Positions 24,015-34,180 of a stretch of 64,000 nucleotides of DNA are shown here, piece after piece. A model generated the notes under the pieces. It was not told where the DNA came from. It saw only the letters and a list, made by a program, of their open reading frames with translations, and searched no databases. Each line of letters opens with the position of its first letter. Within the stretch, counting starts at the first letter, position 1. A program made the translations under genes and the position numbers. The DNA is taken from positions 41,802 through 105,801 of the IMG/VR virus record IMGVR_UViG_3300050343_000214; one strand, 5' to 3'. The stretch is from a virus.

Positions 24015-24444
24015 TGTTCAGTTCCTGAATTAGAGATGGTATATCTGTAATAGATGACAAGTTAATATTGTCACCTAACAACCTTTTGTATTCTTTTGTC
24101 TTTGAGCTATCCATCGAGATAGCTTTAAATGAATTATGTTTGATTAACAACAATCCTAAGTCTACTGGCTCATAATCTATCATATATATTGGATTGATAT
24201 TAGATGGTATGCTAGCCAATTGAATAATTTTTTGCAAAGAAAATGCTAATACGATACCCCTGTAGCTCCAGAGGTTGCTAGAGTCAATCATTGGTATGTT
24301 TAACGACTTAGACGCATCGGTAATTCTATCATGTATAATACATACATCAAATTCCTGCCCCGTCTGTTCAAATATTTTATTACATATTTCTAATTGCTGT
24401 TTGTTGGTCAGGTCAGCGCAAATTCCCAAGTTATTTCTAGACAT
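24007..24444 (-). CDS. Hypothetical protein of the glycosylation cluster
   Basis: 145-aa ORF overlapping the downstream gene and closely following the upstream one. Confidence 0.45.
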   Translation of the reverse strand: MSRNNLGICADLTNKQQLEICNKIFEQTGQEFDVCIIHDRITDASKSLNIPMIDSSNLWSYRGIVLAFSLQKIIQLASIPSNINPIYMIDYEPVDLGLLLIKHNSFKAISMDSSKTKEYKRLLGDNINLSSITDIPSLIQELNNG

Positions 24445-24452
24445 TATTTTAC

Positions 24453-25334
24453 CTATATTTTCTGTGTAACGTCGTGCAGTTTTCCAACATTCGAGAACAG
24501 GGTTTTAATTCTATTCTTAGGTGAGTGTTTTGCTAATATTACTTCTCTCATTGCCTTAGTGTCATACTTTTCTTTCTTATCGTAATCTATGTTAATCTCC
24601 GTTTTGAGTAACTTAGACAGTGCGGAATTTACATTAGCTAATGCATCTTTATCTTCTACATCTAGGTAGACTTGATTACCAAAATACAATGCGTTCCAAA
24701 AAACTTCTGGTATGTTTTGGTGATCTATATTTCTAAAAACAATATTCTTATAATTTACAAACATTTTTGCGGACACGAAGTTGTTAGTATATGCATCGGC
24801 CCCTGATGTTTTGTCTGTGTTGAAAGTGTTTAAAAAGTGACAACTTCCCTTGTATTCTTTTTTGTCTGCCGCCCTTTCTATAATAACTGCTGTGTCAATA
24901 TCAAATTTTTTGGGATGTATATCTATATTCGTGTCCGCACAATTAGGTATGTTTACATAAGGATGCCCAAAGTCAATATTCTTGTGGGCAAGGTTTGAAC
25001 TAAACACTAGTGCGCATTCTAATTTATTTTCTTTTATTTCGCCCTTGAGAAAACTTCCCACCATCTTAGCCTCTTCGTGAGTTATATAATCAATATTTAA
25101 TATGTGCTTTACTTTAGTTTTAGACTCATGATTATACGCAACGATGTTCTCTATTTCTGCTCCCACATTAATGATTGAGTAGTCTGGCTGAAACTCGTCG
25201 TAAACAAGAAATATATCATTAGCGTTCGGGAATAAGATAGATTGACAATCATCTATAGAATTCAAGAACTTATGAAAGTATAGGGGTTGTGTTAAAACAG
25301 TAGAACTGTAGTTCATTATAGAAAATTTTGTCAT
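24453..25334 (-). CDS. Hypothetical protein, possibly a divergent GT-B-fold protein
   Basis: 293-aa ORF in the GT cluster. C-terminal 'MREVILAKHSPKNRIKTL' resembles GT-B C-termini. No catalytic E-x7-E motif. Confidence 0.4.
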   Translation of the reverse strand: MTKFSIMNYSSTVLTQPLYFHKFLNSIDDCQSILFPNANDIFLVYDEFQPDYSIINVGAEIENIVAYNHESKTKVKHILNIDYITHEEAKMVGSFLKGEIKENKLECALVFSSNLAHKNIDFGHPYVNIPNCADTNIDIHPKKFDIDTAVIIERAADKKEYKGSCHFLNTFNTDKTSGADAYTNNFVSAKMFVNYKNIVFRNIDHQNIPEVFWNALYFGNQVYLDVEDKDALANVNSALSKLLKTEINIDYDKKEKYDTKAMREVILAKHSPKNRIKTLFSNVGKLHDVTQKI

Positions 25335-26067
25335 TTGTTGTCCTGACCTTTGGTTAAATTTATTTTCTTAACAGCCTTATTGTCTTCCACTGGTTTAATA
25401 GCTATTTTTTTATGGGACACTAGAGTGTTTACTATTTCATACAAAACTTTGTTTTTATAGTCATTAGATGTCACTAGTTTTCTGAATTCATTAGCTGGAG
25501 AGCCGTTATGTATATAAAATATTTCACACCACTTACAATCTATTGCGCCGTAACAAATATACTCAATAGACATGTTCTTTCCATCTACGTTTACGCCTAT
25601 ATCTAAATTTGTACCACTACTTCTAGACACCATCGTTTCGCATTGTTTTAGTGGCATTTGTTTTAAACTGTTTTTGTCAAAAGATACACCGCCATTAATT
25701 ACTAATATATTATCATTACTCGTGTTGTTAACCGCTATTCTTAAGGATTCGCATAGCCCAGTATCTTCATAGCTTGTGTATTCTCCACGCATCTTATATT
25801 TATATGTTTATATTTAGTAGACACATAAGATTGTATTTTTTGAGCTTCGTATCCTGAGCTAATAATTATCTCTACATTTTCAAATGCTTCTCTTATACAT
25901 TCGATATGATGGTCTATAATTTTTTTGTTCTTCCTTATGTCTATCAGTGCAATGCTGCCTAAAGACTTCATGCGTGTAATGAAGCTATGGTATATCAGGA
26001 TCACGGTAACTAAGCCTTGAGTAGTCTTAGTTTTTCTTGTAGATGTTACATACTTGTAGGAGGTCAT
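25331..26067 (-). CDS. Sugar/choline-phosphate nucleotidyltransferase-like protein (one frameshift)
   Basis: Fragments join as 'VILI...TRMKSLGSIALI...IIDHHI...IIISSGY...VEN..YEDTGLCESL...ILVINGG', the NTP-transferase/LicC-like pattern, with a degenerate Gly-rich loop. Confidence 0.6.
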
Positions 26068-26477
26068 GATTTTGTGACTACTATAGTATAAGTCTCCTCT
26101 TCCAACGATGATGATAAAATTGTCATACCACACCCTCTCAATATGTTCATTGTCATATCAAACCTGTGTAGATTCTTTTTTCCTAAAATGAAAGAATTAA
26201 AGTCTATGTTTTTCTTTCTTTCAAATGTAGCCTTGCACAATGAGGTTAGCTCTGTGTCTGAAAAGACTGCTTGTCCACCTTTTCTAAGTTTAGTTGCGAC
26301 ATACGCAATTGTTTCTTGCATTTTATTGGGTTCTACATAGCATAAAACATGGTCTATAATAAACTGTTCTGCGCTATGGTTGGGTATGGTCTTTACTTCC
26401 AAGTTGTCTACATCTACATGAGTGTAGTTATTAAGTCTTTTGTGTTGCGTGTCTTTGTTGATTAGTTGACATTTCAT
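26064..26477 (-). CDS. Truncated or degenerate class I methyltransferase-like protein
   Basis: 'DHVLCYV...KLRKGGQAVF' matches the C-terminal half of SAM-dependent methyltransferase folds. No motif I. Confidence 0.45.
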   Translation of the reverse strand: MKCQLINKDTQHKRLNNYTHVDVDNLEVKTIPNHSAEQFIIDHVLCYVEPNKMQETIAYVATKLRKGGQAVFSDTELTSLCKATFERKKNIDFNSFILGKKNLHRFDMTMNILRGCGMTILSSSLEEETYTIVVTKS

Positions 26478-27460
26478 ATTATATCCTTTACGTCTTTAAA
26501 TACTTGATTCCACCTATCAATAAACAAATTCTCAGAAAACATATTGATAATTGTTTTTCTAGCTTCTTCACCTAATTTGCGCGCTTGATCTGGATTGTCT
26601 AATAGTGTTCTTATATATCCTTTCAATTCTTCAGCGTCGTTAGATACGAATCCATTAACCCCATTTTTAATTACTTCCGGTATCATACATGTCGCAGAAG
26701 ACACTACTGCACAACCGCAAGACATTGCTTCTAAGAGAGACATTGGTATTGGGCTATCGTTGGTTGTGTTCAAATACACAGAGTGCTTGTTATACTCATC
26801 TACTAATTCTTCTGTAGATTTAGCTGCTGTAGAAAGTCCCTCAGTGTCTCCCTTTAACGTAGTCTCAAATTCTTTGGTAATTTCTTTCCATAGAGTAAAA
26901 TTTAAGCAGTAATCTCTGTTTATAAAATCATTTGCTATAGTCAAAACCTCATTAACTCTTTTTTCTTTTCTGTCGCAGAATGTTATAGAATCAATTCCGT
27001 GATTGATTACTATTGAGGGATGTGGTGAATTCCAAGCTTTCTTTGATGTTTCAGATATATAGACATTAATATTCCCAACCATATTATTAATTTGTTGTAT
27101 GTGTTGTTTATTAAAGTTGGAGGTTGGCATGATATGATCCGATACTACGATAGGCAGACCCAGCCTGTCGTTAATCTTAAGCGCTATATTATACTGACTG
27201 ATTTTACTATGCACTAGTATCAAATCAAAATCTATGTAACTTGGGAAATTATTAGAATTTACTATATTATAATTTTCTGGAACTACTGTTTGCTCACTGT
27301 TCCAAGTTTTACCGCCTGAAACTTCTAATGAATAAAAGTTATGTCCAGTTTTGCACAGCTGAGTTTCATATCTCTCATGAGTCGGAAACGTTAGTATGTT
27401 TAATGGTTTTGTTTCGTCGTTACACTGATGTATAATTTTTCTGACTTTACTTATGCTCAT
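26474..27460 (-). CDS. Glycosyltransferase, GT4 family
   Basis: 'SPIPMSLLEAMSCGCAVVSS...IPEVIKNGVNGF' signature. Confidence 0.85.
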   Translation of the reverse strand: MSISKVRKIIHQCNDETKPLNILTFPTHERYETQLCKTGHNFYSLEVSGGKTWNSEQTVVPENYNIVNSNNFPSYIDFDLILVHSKISQYNIALKINDRLGLPIVVSDHIMPTSNFNKQHIQQINNMVGNINVYISETSKKAWNSPHPSIVINHGIDSITFCDRKEKRVNEVLTIANDFINRDYCLNFTLWKEITKEFETTLKGDTEGLSTAAKSTEELVDEYNKHSVYLNTTNDSPIPMSLLEAMSCGCAVVSSATCMIPEVIKNGVNGFVSNDAEELKGYIRTLLDNPDQARKLGEEARKTIINMFSENLFIDRWNQVFKDVKDII

Positions 27461-28573
27461 TTTAGCAATAACTCCTTCATCTTAGCGCCTACCGTTTTGT
27501 GGCTAAAATTTTGCCCCCTCTTCAGTCCTTCGACCTTGGCTTTTAAGGGGTGTGTATAGTAAGACCTCATAGCATCTATGGCTTGCCGTTCACTTGGTAC
27601 AGCCCAAGATTCCTTGCCCGTGTATATGTTACTTAACGCCGCCCCTCTATTGTTGCACGGTACAAAAACAACATCTATCAAAGTTCCAGTATCTTTGTTG
27701 TATGGGTCTATAAACTCTTTAGGGCCAGCAAAGTTGGTACATATAGGGTGATTGCCCATACACATCGCATCAAAAGCTGGTATAGACCAAGCCTCTCCGT
27801 GAGATAGGCCAACAAAACAATCGCATGTTTTATGCAAAGATAGTATCTCTTTGTCATCCAGATGATCTGCTACAATAATAACTTTGGCGTACAATGAATC
27901 GTCGCTATATATATTTAGTTTGTTTTTTACATCATCTGCTATTTGCTTAATTTCTTTGTAGACGTATTCTTTATCCTGACTTATAGACCCTACTTTTAAG
28001 ACTAAGCAAACATTTTCATTATTAGTGAATGCGCTATAATAAGCTCTCAGTGTGCCTTCTATATTCTTGCGAGTAGTCAAATCGGCAATCGTGTAAAATT
28101 TGTAAGTCCCACTTATGTTATGGGCAGAAAAATCAAAATCCTTAATATCAGATTGGTAAGAATCAATATCAAAAGCGTGTGGTATAACATTTACATTATT
28201 TAGGCCACACTTGTTTAATTCTAACAGGTTGTCTTGACATGGAACCCATACGTCAGACATGAGTTGATAGTTTGAAATCCAAGGATGGCACTGTAGGTCT
28301 TTAGTTTCTAAAACCGTATAGCCAATATTTTTTCTTGAATTTGCTTGTGCCAATATACATGATGGGAAGTATGTGCTGTATGCAATAGTCCACACCTTTT
28401 GTGTCGCCAGTTTCTAAATATTGCAATCGTTCTGGCACATCTGACTTTCTTGAGATTGCTATATTTCTGCAAACGACATCCACGCCCACGCTATCTAAAG
28501 CTAATATCAAATCCTGAGCTGCTTTAGCCCACCCTGTACCTTCTCTATAGTGACCTAAATATAACACTTTCAT
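27457..28573 (-). CDS. Glycosyltransferase, GT4 family (one frameshift near 28.33 kb)
   Basis: N-terminal 'MKVLYLGHYREGTGWAKAA' joins to 'RKNIEG...SHGEAWSIPAFDAMCMG'. Confidence 0.8.
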
Positions 28574-30252
28574 AGTTTAAATTTTTCCCGTCTAACTTGT
28601 TCCCAGATATTGATGATTTTTCTTTTCTCTTTACATTCTTCATACGCGCTTTCAATCGTAACTTTATTGTGTTCTATTTTTCGCCCCATAGAGACTGCTG
28701 AATCATCTTCGTTAAAATAAGACCCAATAATCTGTGATGTTTGATAGCCATAGTTTAAACTCTCTAGTAAATCTGCATAGAAAAAAGAATTTATTTTTTC
28801 AGGCTGATGCAAGACTTCTGCTACAAGCCACTTGGCAATAACATCTAAGGGCTGTTGTTTTATTTCTTCTTGGAATTCTAATGGTTTTTTAATATCTGGG
28901 GCAGAAAACCATGTTTCTTGTTCTGGAATAATTTCTAAACTATCAAAAGCTTCTTCCCATTTTGCTCCACTTTTTTCCCACGTAAACTCTTTTAAGAAAT
29001 TATTACGAATGTCTTTAGATGCTTTCTCTCGTTCGCTTGTTGTTTTATTAAAAAATTCTAAAAATATTTGACATGCATGTTCGTTGTCTGGAACAGCTCT
29101 TTCGCAACCCGTTTCCATTTCTTTGTATAGAGCTTTAGGATTGATTGCAAATCCATCAAGTTGTTTAATAACAGATTCCATTGCTGAGTATTTTATGGAC
29201 GCAACGGGAACGCCACATGCGGCAGCTTCTACTTGCGGCAGTCCAAATCCTTCTGAATTAGCGTATTGTACGTACAGGTCAAACATATTCATAATCTCAG
29301 ACAATTCTTCGTAACCTAAACCTTGTTTAACGCTAGCCATACGCGCATTGTATTTACCAGTATACGGAGAAGTTGTAGTGGAGCCTTTAAAGGTGGAGAC
29401 AAAAGGCTTGAACGTATCGGCGCAAACGTATGTGAACAATACTTTAGAAATAATATTGTTTTCATGCAAAAGCTCTGGTATATTCCATCCAGCGTCTGGA
29501 AAACATGTGTGACAATATAGCATATGTTTTTCTGGATCTTCTACAGATTCAAGAAATTTACTATATGCTTTAAACAAGTCTGGATATAGCTTCCTTCTTT
29601 GATTCCTCATTACAGTGCCAATTATTTTTGTGTTTTTATCTATACCATATTTAACCTTTAGCTCTTCTTTATTTTTTGGTTTATATTCTGGGTGCGCAGA
29701 AGGAGGTGCGCTTCCTATGTAGTTTATCTTCCCTCCAGATTGTTCGTTGAGTACATCACCCGACCAATCAGAGTAACTTAGGCACACATCTGTTCTAGAA
29801 AATGTGTCTATCCATTCCCTAGCTTGAGGATATGCGTCTACCGTGGGCATTAAAACCCATTTAAAGAATTTCCTGTATGGAGATTTGTCTATAAAATCAA
29901 TCATCCAAAAGTCTCTAATATCACAAACTATGTCGGGCTTGAAATTTAGACATGTGTTTTCAAAAGCAAATCCACCAAACTGAGCCGTAGCGTTAGCCTT
30001 ATACTTATTTATTCTTTCTTGATCATTAGTATTTGGAATTACACCGTAATACTTCCAAGGCGTTTCTGTTGCCCGTGGGTCATCGTTAGTACCATAAGCG
30101 CCTAATTCAGCTATTTCGTATTTACCTGTGCCATGAAGATATCTCAATATTTCTCTGGAGTATGTTGCATACCCCGTATGTAAGAAAGTTGATTCTGTGC
30201 AAAATAATATACGTTTTTTTCTCATCAATAATCTGCCTCTTCTTCTCCACAA
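28570..30252 (-). CDS. Glycosyltransferase, GT4 family (~550 aa)
   Basis: 'TGYATY', 'RNQRRKLY', 'SEGFGLPQVEAAACGVP'. The true start is probably MRKKRIL. Confidence 0.85.
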   Translation of the reverse strand: MWRRRGRLLMRKKRILFCTESTFLHTGYATYSREILRYLHGTGKYEIAELGAYGTNDDPRATETPWKYYGVIPNTNDQERINKYKANATAQFGGFAFENTCLNFKPDIVCDIRDFWMIDFIDKSPYRKFFKWVLMPTVDAYPQAREWIDTFSRTDVCLSYSDWSGDVLNEQSGGKINYIGSAPPSAHPEYKPKNKEELKVKYGIDKNTKIIGTVMRNQRRKLYPDLFKAYSKFLESVEDPEKHMLYCHTCFPDAGWNIPELLHENNIISKVLFTYVCADTFKPFVSTFKGSTTTSPYTGKYNARMASVKQGLGYEELSEIMNMFDLYVQYANSEGFGLPQVEAAACGVPVASIKYSAMESVIKQLDGFAINPKALYKEMETGCERAVPDNEHACQIFLEFFNKTTSEREKASKDIRNNFLKEFTWEKSGAKWEEAFDSLEIIPEQETWFSAPDIKKPLEFQEEIKQQPLDVIAKWLVAEVLHQPEKINSFFYADLLESLNYGYQTSQIIGSYFNEDDSAVSMGRKIEHNKVTIESAYEECKEKRKIINIWEQVRREKFKL

Positions 30253-30542
30253 ATATCAAATTCGTTTACTCTAAAAACGATCTCTTCCGTGTCTCTATTT
30301 TCATGTTTAGCTGATGATTGTATAGTAATTTTCGTACCCTTGGTAGCCAGCCGCTCAATGATTTCAGCTCCAGTATGCCAAGCCTCGCAGTTAAGATATG
30401 TTGGTATACGAGCTTTTTCCCCGGTACTCTTTGTTTTGCGATAACTATAGACAACGATAGTAAATTCTGCCTTTACAACGTTGCCCACAACAAATGTGTG
30501 GGGTTTGTCTACAAGATACCCAGTAAAACAACAATTGTTCAT
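30225..30542 (-). CDS. ssb: Single-stranded DNA-binding protein
   Basis: SSB OB-fold pattern 'MNNCCFTGYLVDKP...TYLNCEAW...KGTKITI', short acidic tail EEEADY, RBS AGGAG. Confidence 0.8.
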   Translation of the reverse strand: MNNCCFTGYLVDKPHTFVVGNVVKAEFTIVVYSYRKTKSTGEKARIPTYLNCEAWHTGAEIIERLATKGTKITIQSSAKHENRDTEEIVFRVNEFDICGEEEADY

Positions 30543-30560
30543 TTTGTCTCCTATCTTAGT

Positions 30561-30589
30561 ATATTAGCTTGTACTTTTAAAAAATACAA
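30561..30589 (-). promoter_or_regulatory. Possible sigma70-type promoter upstream of ssb
   Basis: Minus strand TTGTAT-17 nt-TAATAT in the short dnaE-C/ssb intergenic gap. Confidence 0.3.
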
Positions 30590-30591
30590 CT

Positions 30592-32151
30592 TTATGTTTC
30601 AAAAATTTTATTTACAATAAACGATGTGTCATTCTTATTAACTTGTCCGCAAAATACAAGATTGTTACCCTCGTATAATATATATTTGTATTTATTCTTA
30701 ACTTTGGGGAATATTATTACACTGTCTAGGATAGATGTATCATCTTCTATTGTTAGAAATGCCATCATTTCCCCTTTAGAATTGCCCTTTGTAATCTTGT
30801 ATTCAGATAGTCTTTGTATGTTTGCCACAACGCATAGGTTTTTACCCTTTTTGCCATTGACTATTTCCTTGCATGTGGTGTCTGCGGCAGACTTGTCAGC
30901 TACATCAACTCTAGTTAAAGTAACGGGACAGCCTAGAAATCTAGTTTCTTGATCAATAACCCAGCCCGGATCGTCATCTAGGCTATACGGTGGGTCAATA
31001 AGAAGTTGAATTTCATTTTCTATTACTTGTTGTCTGCTTACCCTAGATGTACCCCCGCCATTTTTTTTGGTGGGCGCTAGAGATTTCAATGCTTCTAAGA
31101 GACTATCCCAAGACTTATTTTTATAGTTTGTGTCCATCCACGAAACTTCGCCTTTAGTTAGAACTCGAAAGATCTCATAGTCATACAGGGCTTGATTCCT
31201 CGAAACTTTAGACCCAAAGTCTCTAAAAAATCCTATTGATGCCAAAGCCTTGAAAGATGTTGAGCTAATTTTTGTGCTAAATTTGAGCAGTATCTCCAAC
31301 CAATCAAACTTCTGTATCTTCTTACCAGATTCTTTTTCACACTGCTTGACTGCTTGAAATACTTTATCTCCACTTACGCCTGATAAGGATTTAACATTTT
31401 TAATACCAAAATATATCTTATTTCTCTTACTATTAAAGTCTAAGTCAAAATTTGCAAGGCTAGGAGTTCTTGTTTCAATATCAAACAACTTTGCTTCTGA
31501 TACTAATTCGTATACTTCTTGTTGAGGATCTTGTTTTTCATTGGCGTAAAATAGGTATGCTAGAAAAAATTCATTAGTATTATGGGCTTTTTGGTATGCG
31601 CTCCAGTAGGAACACACTGCGTAAGATACGCTGTGAGATTTATTAAATGCATATCGAGCAGAGGCTTGAATCCAACCAAAGATTTCTTCTGCCTCTTCTT
31701 TGTTGACCATTCCTACTTTCTTAGCTCCCTTAATAAACATTGTTTTTACTTTAGCCATTAAGTCAGCTTTCTTTTTACCAATAGCCTTGCGTAGCCCGTC
31801 TGCTTCTTCTAGATTAAATCCAGCAATCTTTTGCGCAATACGCATAGATTGCTCTTGATATACTAACACTCCGTATGTAGGCAAAAGAATTTCTTCTAGT
31901 GATTCATGTAGATATGTAACCTCTTCACGACCGTGCTTACGGTCAATGAAGTGTTGTGTCATAGATTTTCCATCTACGTATGCCTTTAAACATCCGGGCC
32001 TAATGATAGCGATTAGGGCAGATAGTTCTTCGATATTGTTAGGGGCTAACTTTTTCGACCAAGACTTACCCAGATTACTTTCTAATTGAAAGACACCCTT
32101 TGTTTTGCCTTCTGCAAACAGTTCCCAAGTTAGTTTATCGTCGTAATTCAT
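30592..32151 (-). CDS. dnaE: DNA polymerase III alpha, C-terminal half (fingers, HhH, OB fold)
   Basis: GVFQLES, IIRPG, TYGVLVYQEQ, LRKAIGKKK, YAFNKSH, 'IYFGIKNVKSL', 'KGEMMAFLTIEDDT'. Has its own ATG and no intein-C sequence. Confidence 0.92.
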   Translation of the reverse strand: MNYDDKLTWELFAEGKTKGVFQLESNLGKSWSKKLAPNNIEELSALIAIIRPGCLKAYVDGKSMTQHFIDRKHGREEVTYLHESLEEILLPTYGVLVYQEQSMRIAQKIAGFNLEEADGLRKAIGKKKADLMAKVKTMFIKGAKKVGMVNKEEAEEIFGWIQASARYAFNKSHSVSYAVCSYWSAYQKAHNTNEFFLAYLFYANEKQDPQQEVYELVSEAKLFDIETRTPSLANFDLDFNSKRNKIYFGIKNVKSLSGVSGDKVFQAVKQCEKESGKKIQKFDWLEILLKFSTKISSTSFKALASIGFFRDFGSKVSRNQALYDYEIFRVLTKGEVSWMDTNYKNKSWDSLLEALKSLAPTKKNGGGTSRVSRQQVIENEIQLLIDPPYSLDDDPGWVIDQETRFLGCPVTLTRVDVADKSAADTTCKEIVNGKKGKNLCVVANIQRLSEYKITKGNSKGEMMAFLTIEDDTSILDSVIIFPKVKNKYKYILYEGNNLVFCGQVNKNDTSFIVNKIFET

Positions 32152-32818
32152 ATGAAGCTTTTTTACTCTCTATAACTTTACTCAAATTTTTGTATTTTTC
32201 AACTAAGCACTTTTGTAGAGGTTGATTACTAGTGCTAATACTACAGTCGTGATAAAGGAATGATGAACTGTCACCATGATTAAATGTGTCGCGTGGAAAA
32301 ACCTCGGTTATATCTCTTACTGGTTGTAGCTCTTTTAAAGTTTTTTGTATCAATACTTGATCTACTGTCGTAAAATTGTCACTGTTAGCCGTAGCTATAA
32401 TGTATTTAAAAAAATTCTTGGAGGCATAAGAGTTCTTTATTATAGCAGATCCAGCGTTGATATTCCAATATGAATTCTCAGAACAACTCTCCGCAGTACA
32501 CCAAAGAATATCCTTATTAGACATCTTAGTGATACATCTCATATCAAATCCAAAATTACATATGGCTATATCTGTGTCCATAGCAAAGAAATAATCTACG
32601 TCCGGTCTTTCTTCTAATAACTTTAAAAGTATTATCCACTTTGTATAGTATCCTTTAGTATGATCCCCACCGTGTTGTGCTACCATGTCGTCATTGTTAT
32701 AGACTTTATACTCAATATCAAACCTGCTAAAATAGTGCTTGTTGTGATTATAAGTTAACTTGTTGATATCGTAAAAGTTTTGATCATGATTAGAGAATGC
32801 AAGTATTTTACTTGACAT
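32135..32818 (-). CDS. GT-A fold glycosyltransferase (GT34/GT77-like)
   Basis: 'KWIIL...DYFFAMDTDIAI' DxD motif, 'INAGSAII', 'DQVLI'. Confidence 0.7.
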   Translation of the reverse strand: MSSKILAFSNHDQNFYDINKLTYNHNKHYFSRFDIEYKVYNNDDMVAQHGGDHTKGYYTKWIILLKLLEERPDVDYFFAMDTDIAICNFGFDMRCITKMSNKDILWCTAESCSENSYWNINAGSAIIKNSYASKNFFKYIIATANSDNFTTVDQVLIQKTLKELQPVRDITEVFPRDTFNHGDSSSFLYHDCSISTSNQPLQKCLVEKYKNLSKVIESKKASYELRR

Positions 32819-33488
32819 ACAATCCCCCGTTGGCGAATGCTTTATCTAGTTCAATTTCTTGGTAAACTGCTCGATGAGTTTTTAGTAGCTTTATAAATAT
32901 ATTAGCAGTATCTTTGACATCCTGCAACGCATCGTGAGCATTTTCGGAACTTAATCCCATGCGCTCTCTCAAGCTATCCATGCTTATGGATCTAATGCTA
33001 GGATCTCCCTCTGTCCACATGTGCATATTATCCATAACGTCACACTTGTGAATTTTGCTGAACATTTTTTGCTGCTGCCTCGCGTCGTCGTAAGGTCCGT
33101 ATTCTTTACATAGCCTATTAATGATAATCATATCAAAGCCAATGATGTTAAAACCTACGGGGATGGGATTAAAGAAAGGATCTTTTTTCCAATTATATTT
33201 GTCTACAAAGGTGCAAAACTTTCTCCATACTGATTTTAAGGTTGGAGCCTTTGCTAAATCATCTCTATTTTTTCCAGTAACTTTGAGCGCCCCGTCTTCG
33301 ATTGGATCTAAACCTGCGGCAATAGCGGCATCGTCGCTAAGAATAGGTCTAATCTCACTGTTAAAAGTTCCCTTCATAGACAAGTTTCTACCATCCAGCG
33401 CTAAGGCAGCGATTTGAGTAGGTTGTGTTTTATGAGGGTTACGACTTCCTGTTTCAAAGTCAAATACGATATAGTCTCTGTTAGCCAT
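32808..33488 (-). CDS. dnaQ: DEDDh 3'-5' exonuclease (DNA pol III epsilon-like)
   Basis: ExoI VFDFETGS, ExoII GFNIIGFD, ExoIII AHDALQDV. Confidence 0.88.
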   Translation of the reverse strand: MANRDYIVFDFETGSRNPHKTQPTQIAALALDGRNLSMKGTFNSEIRPILSDDAAIAAGLDPIEDGALKVTGKNRDDLAKAPTLKSVWRKFCTFVDKYNWKKDPFFNPIPVGFNIIGFDMIIINRLCKEYGPYDDARQQQKMFSKIHKCDVMDNMHMWTEGDPSIRSISMDSLRERMGLSSENAHDALQDVKDTANIFIKLLKTHRAVYQEIELDKAFANGGLYVK

Positions 33489-33490
33489 AG

Positions 33491-34180
33491 TTAGTCCTTC
33501 TTTTCTATTCTTTTAGTAAAAAGGGAGTCGCCAGAAATTCCTTCAAACTGATATTCCCTTGCTTGTTCGTGTAATCCGTATTCATTCAAAAACTCTGCAA
33601 TCTTTTCTAAGCTCTGTTCTCCATCGTACATAATGTATTTTGTTGACCATTCAAAAACCGTAGCCTTTACTGTGGTGATTAAATTCTTACACCCTAAGAA
33701 CGCATGATATTCAGCACCTTGAATGTCCATAAAAATTGCATCTATTGATGGTATATTATATTTCTTACAGAAGCTGTATAGTGAAGTTGTTTTAACCTTT
33801 ACTTCTTCGTGTATGTCATTAACCTTAAAAATACTTTTCATACCTACTCCCGGCTTCAATATAGAACCCTGTCCAGTGTTTTGTAGGTTTTTACCAATCA
33901 TGGTTTCTTCGTCTTTGATACTTTCTGTTGGAAAATATTTGTAGAAACTAATTTCCCCATCCACCGCGCTTATTGCTTTGTGGTAAACGCTGACGTTGGG
34001 ATTATCCTCAAACTTGTCTTTGATGATTTGACAATTAAACGCATCAGCTTCAAATGCATAAATTTTAGCATTAGGCCAAGCGTCTAATATTTCTGGTATA
34101 TCATACCCCCTGTGGGCGCCAACTTCAAATATATGCTTTAAGTCAGGAAAACTTTCCTTAACCCTATTAATGAACAGCAT
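33491..34180 (-). CDS. FkbM-family SAM-dependent methyltransferase
   Basis: 'IFEVGAHRG', 'IYAFEAD', 'IDAIFMDIQGAEY'. Confidence 0.85.
   Translation of the reverse strand: MLFINRVKESFPDLKHIFEVGAHRGYDIPEILDAWPNAKIYAFEADAFNCQIIKDKFEDNPNVSVYHKAISAVDGEISFYKYFPTESIKDEETMIGKNLQNTGQGSILKPGVGMKSIFKVNDIHEEVKVKTTSLYSFCKKYNIPSIDAIFMDIQGAEYHAFLGCKNLITTVKATVFEWSTKYIMYDGEQSLEKIAEFLNEYGLHEQAREYQFEGISGDSLFTKRIEKKD

Noticed and set aside
32152-34166. Group I/II intron or split intein joining the dnaE halves
   Set aside because: The interval is completely filled by three coupled protein genes, leaving no room for a ribozyme core, and neither half carries intein blocks.
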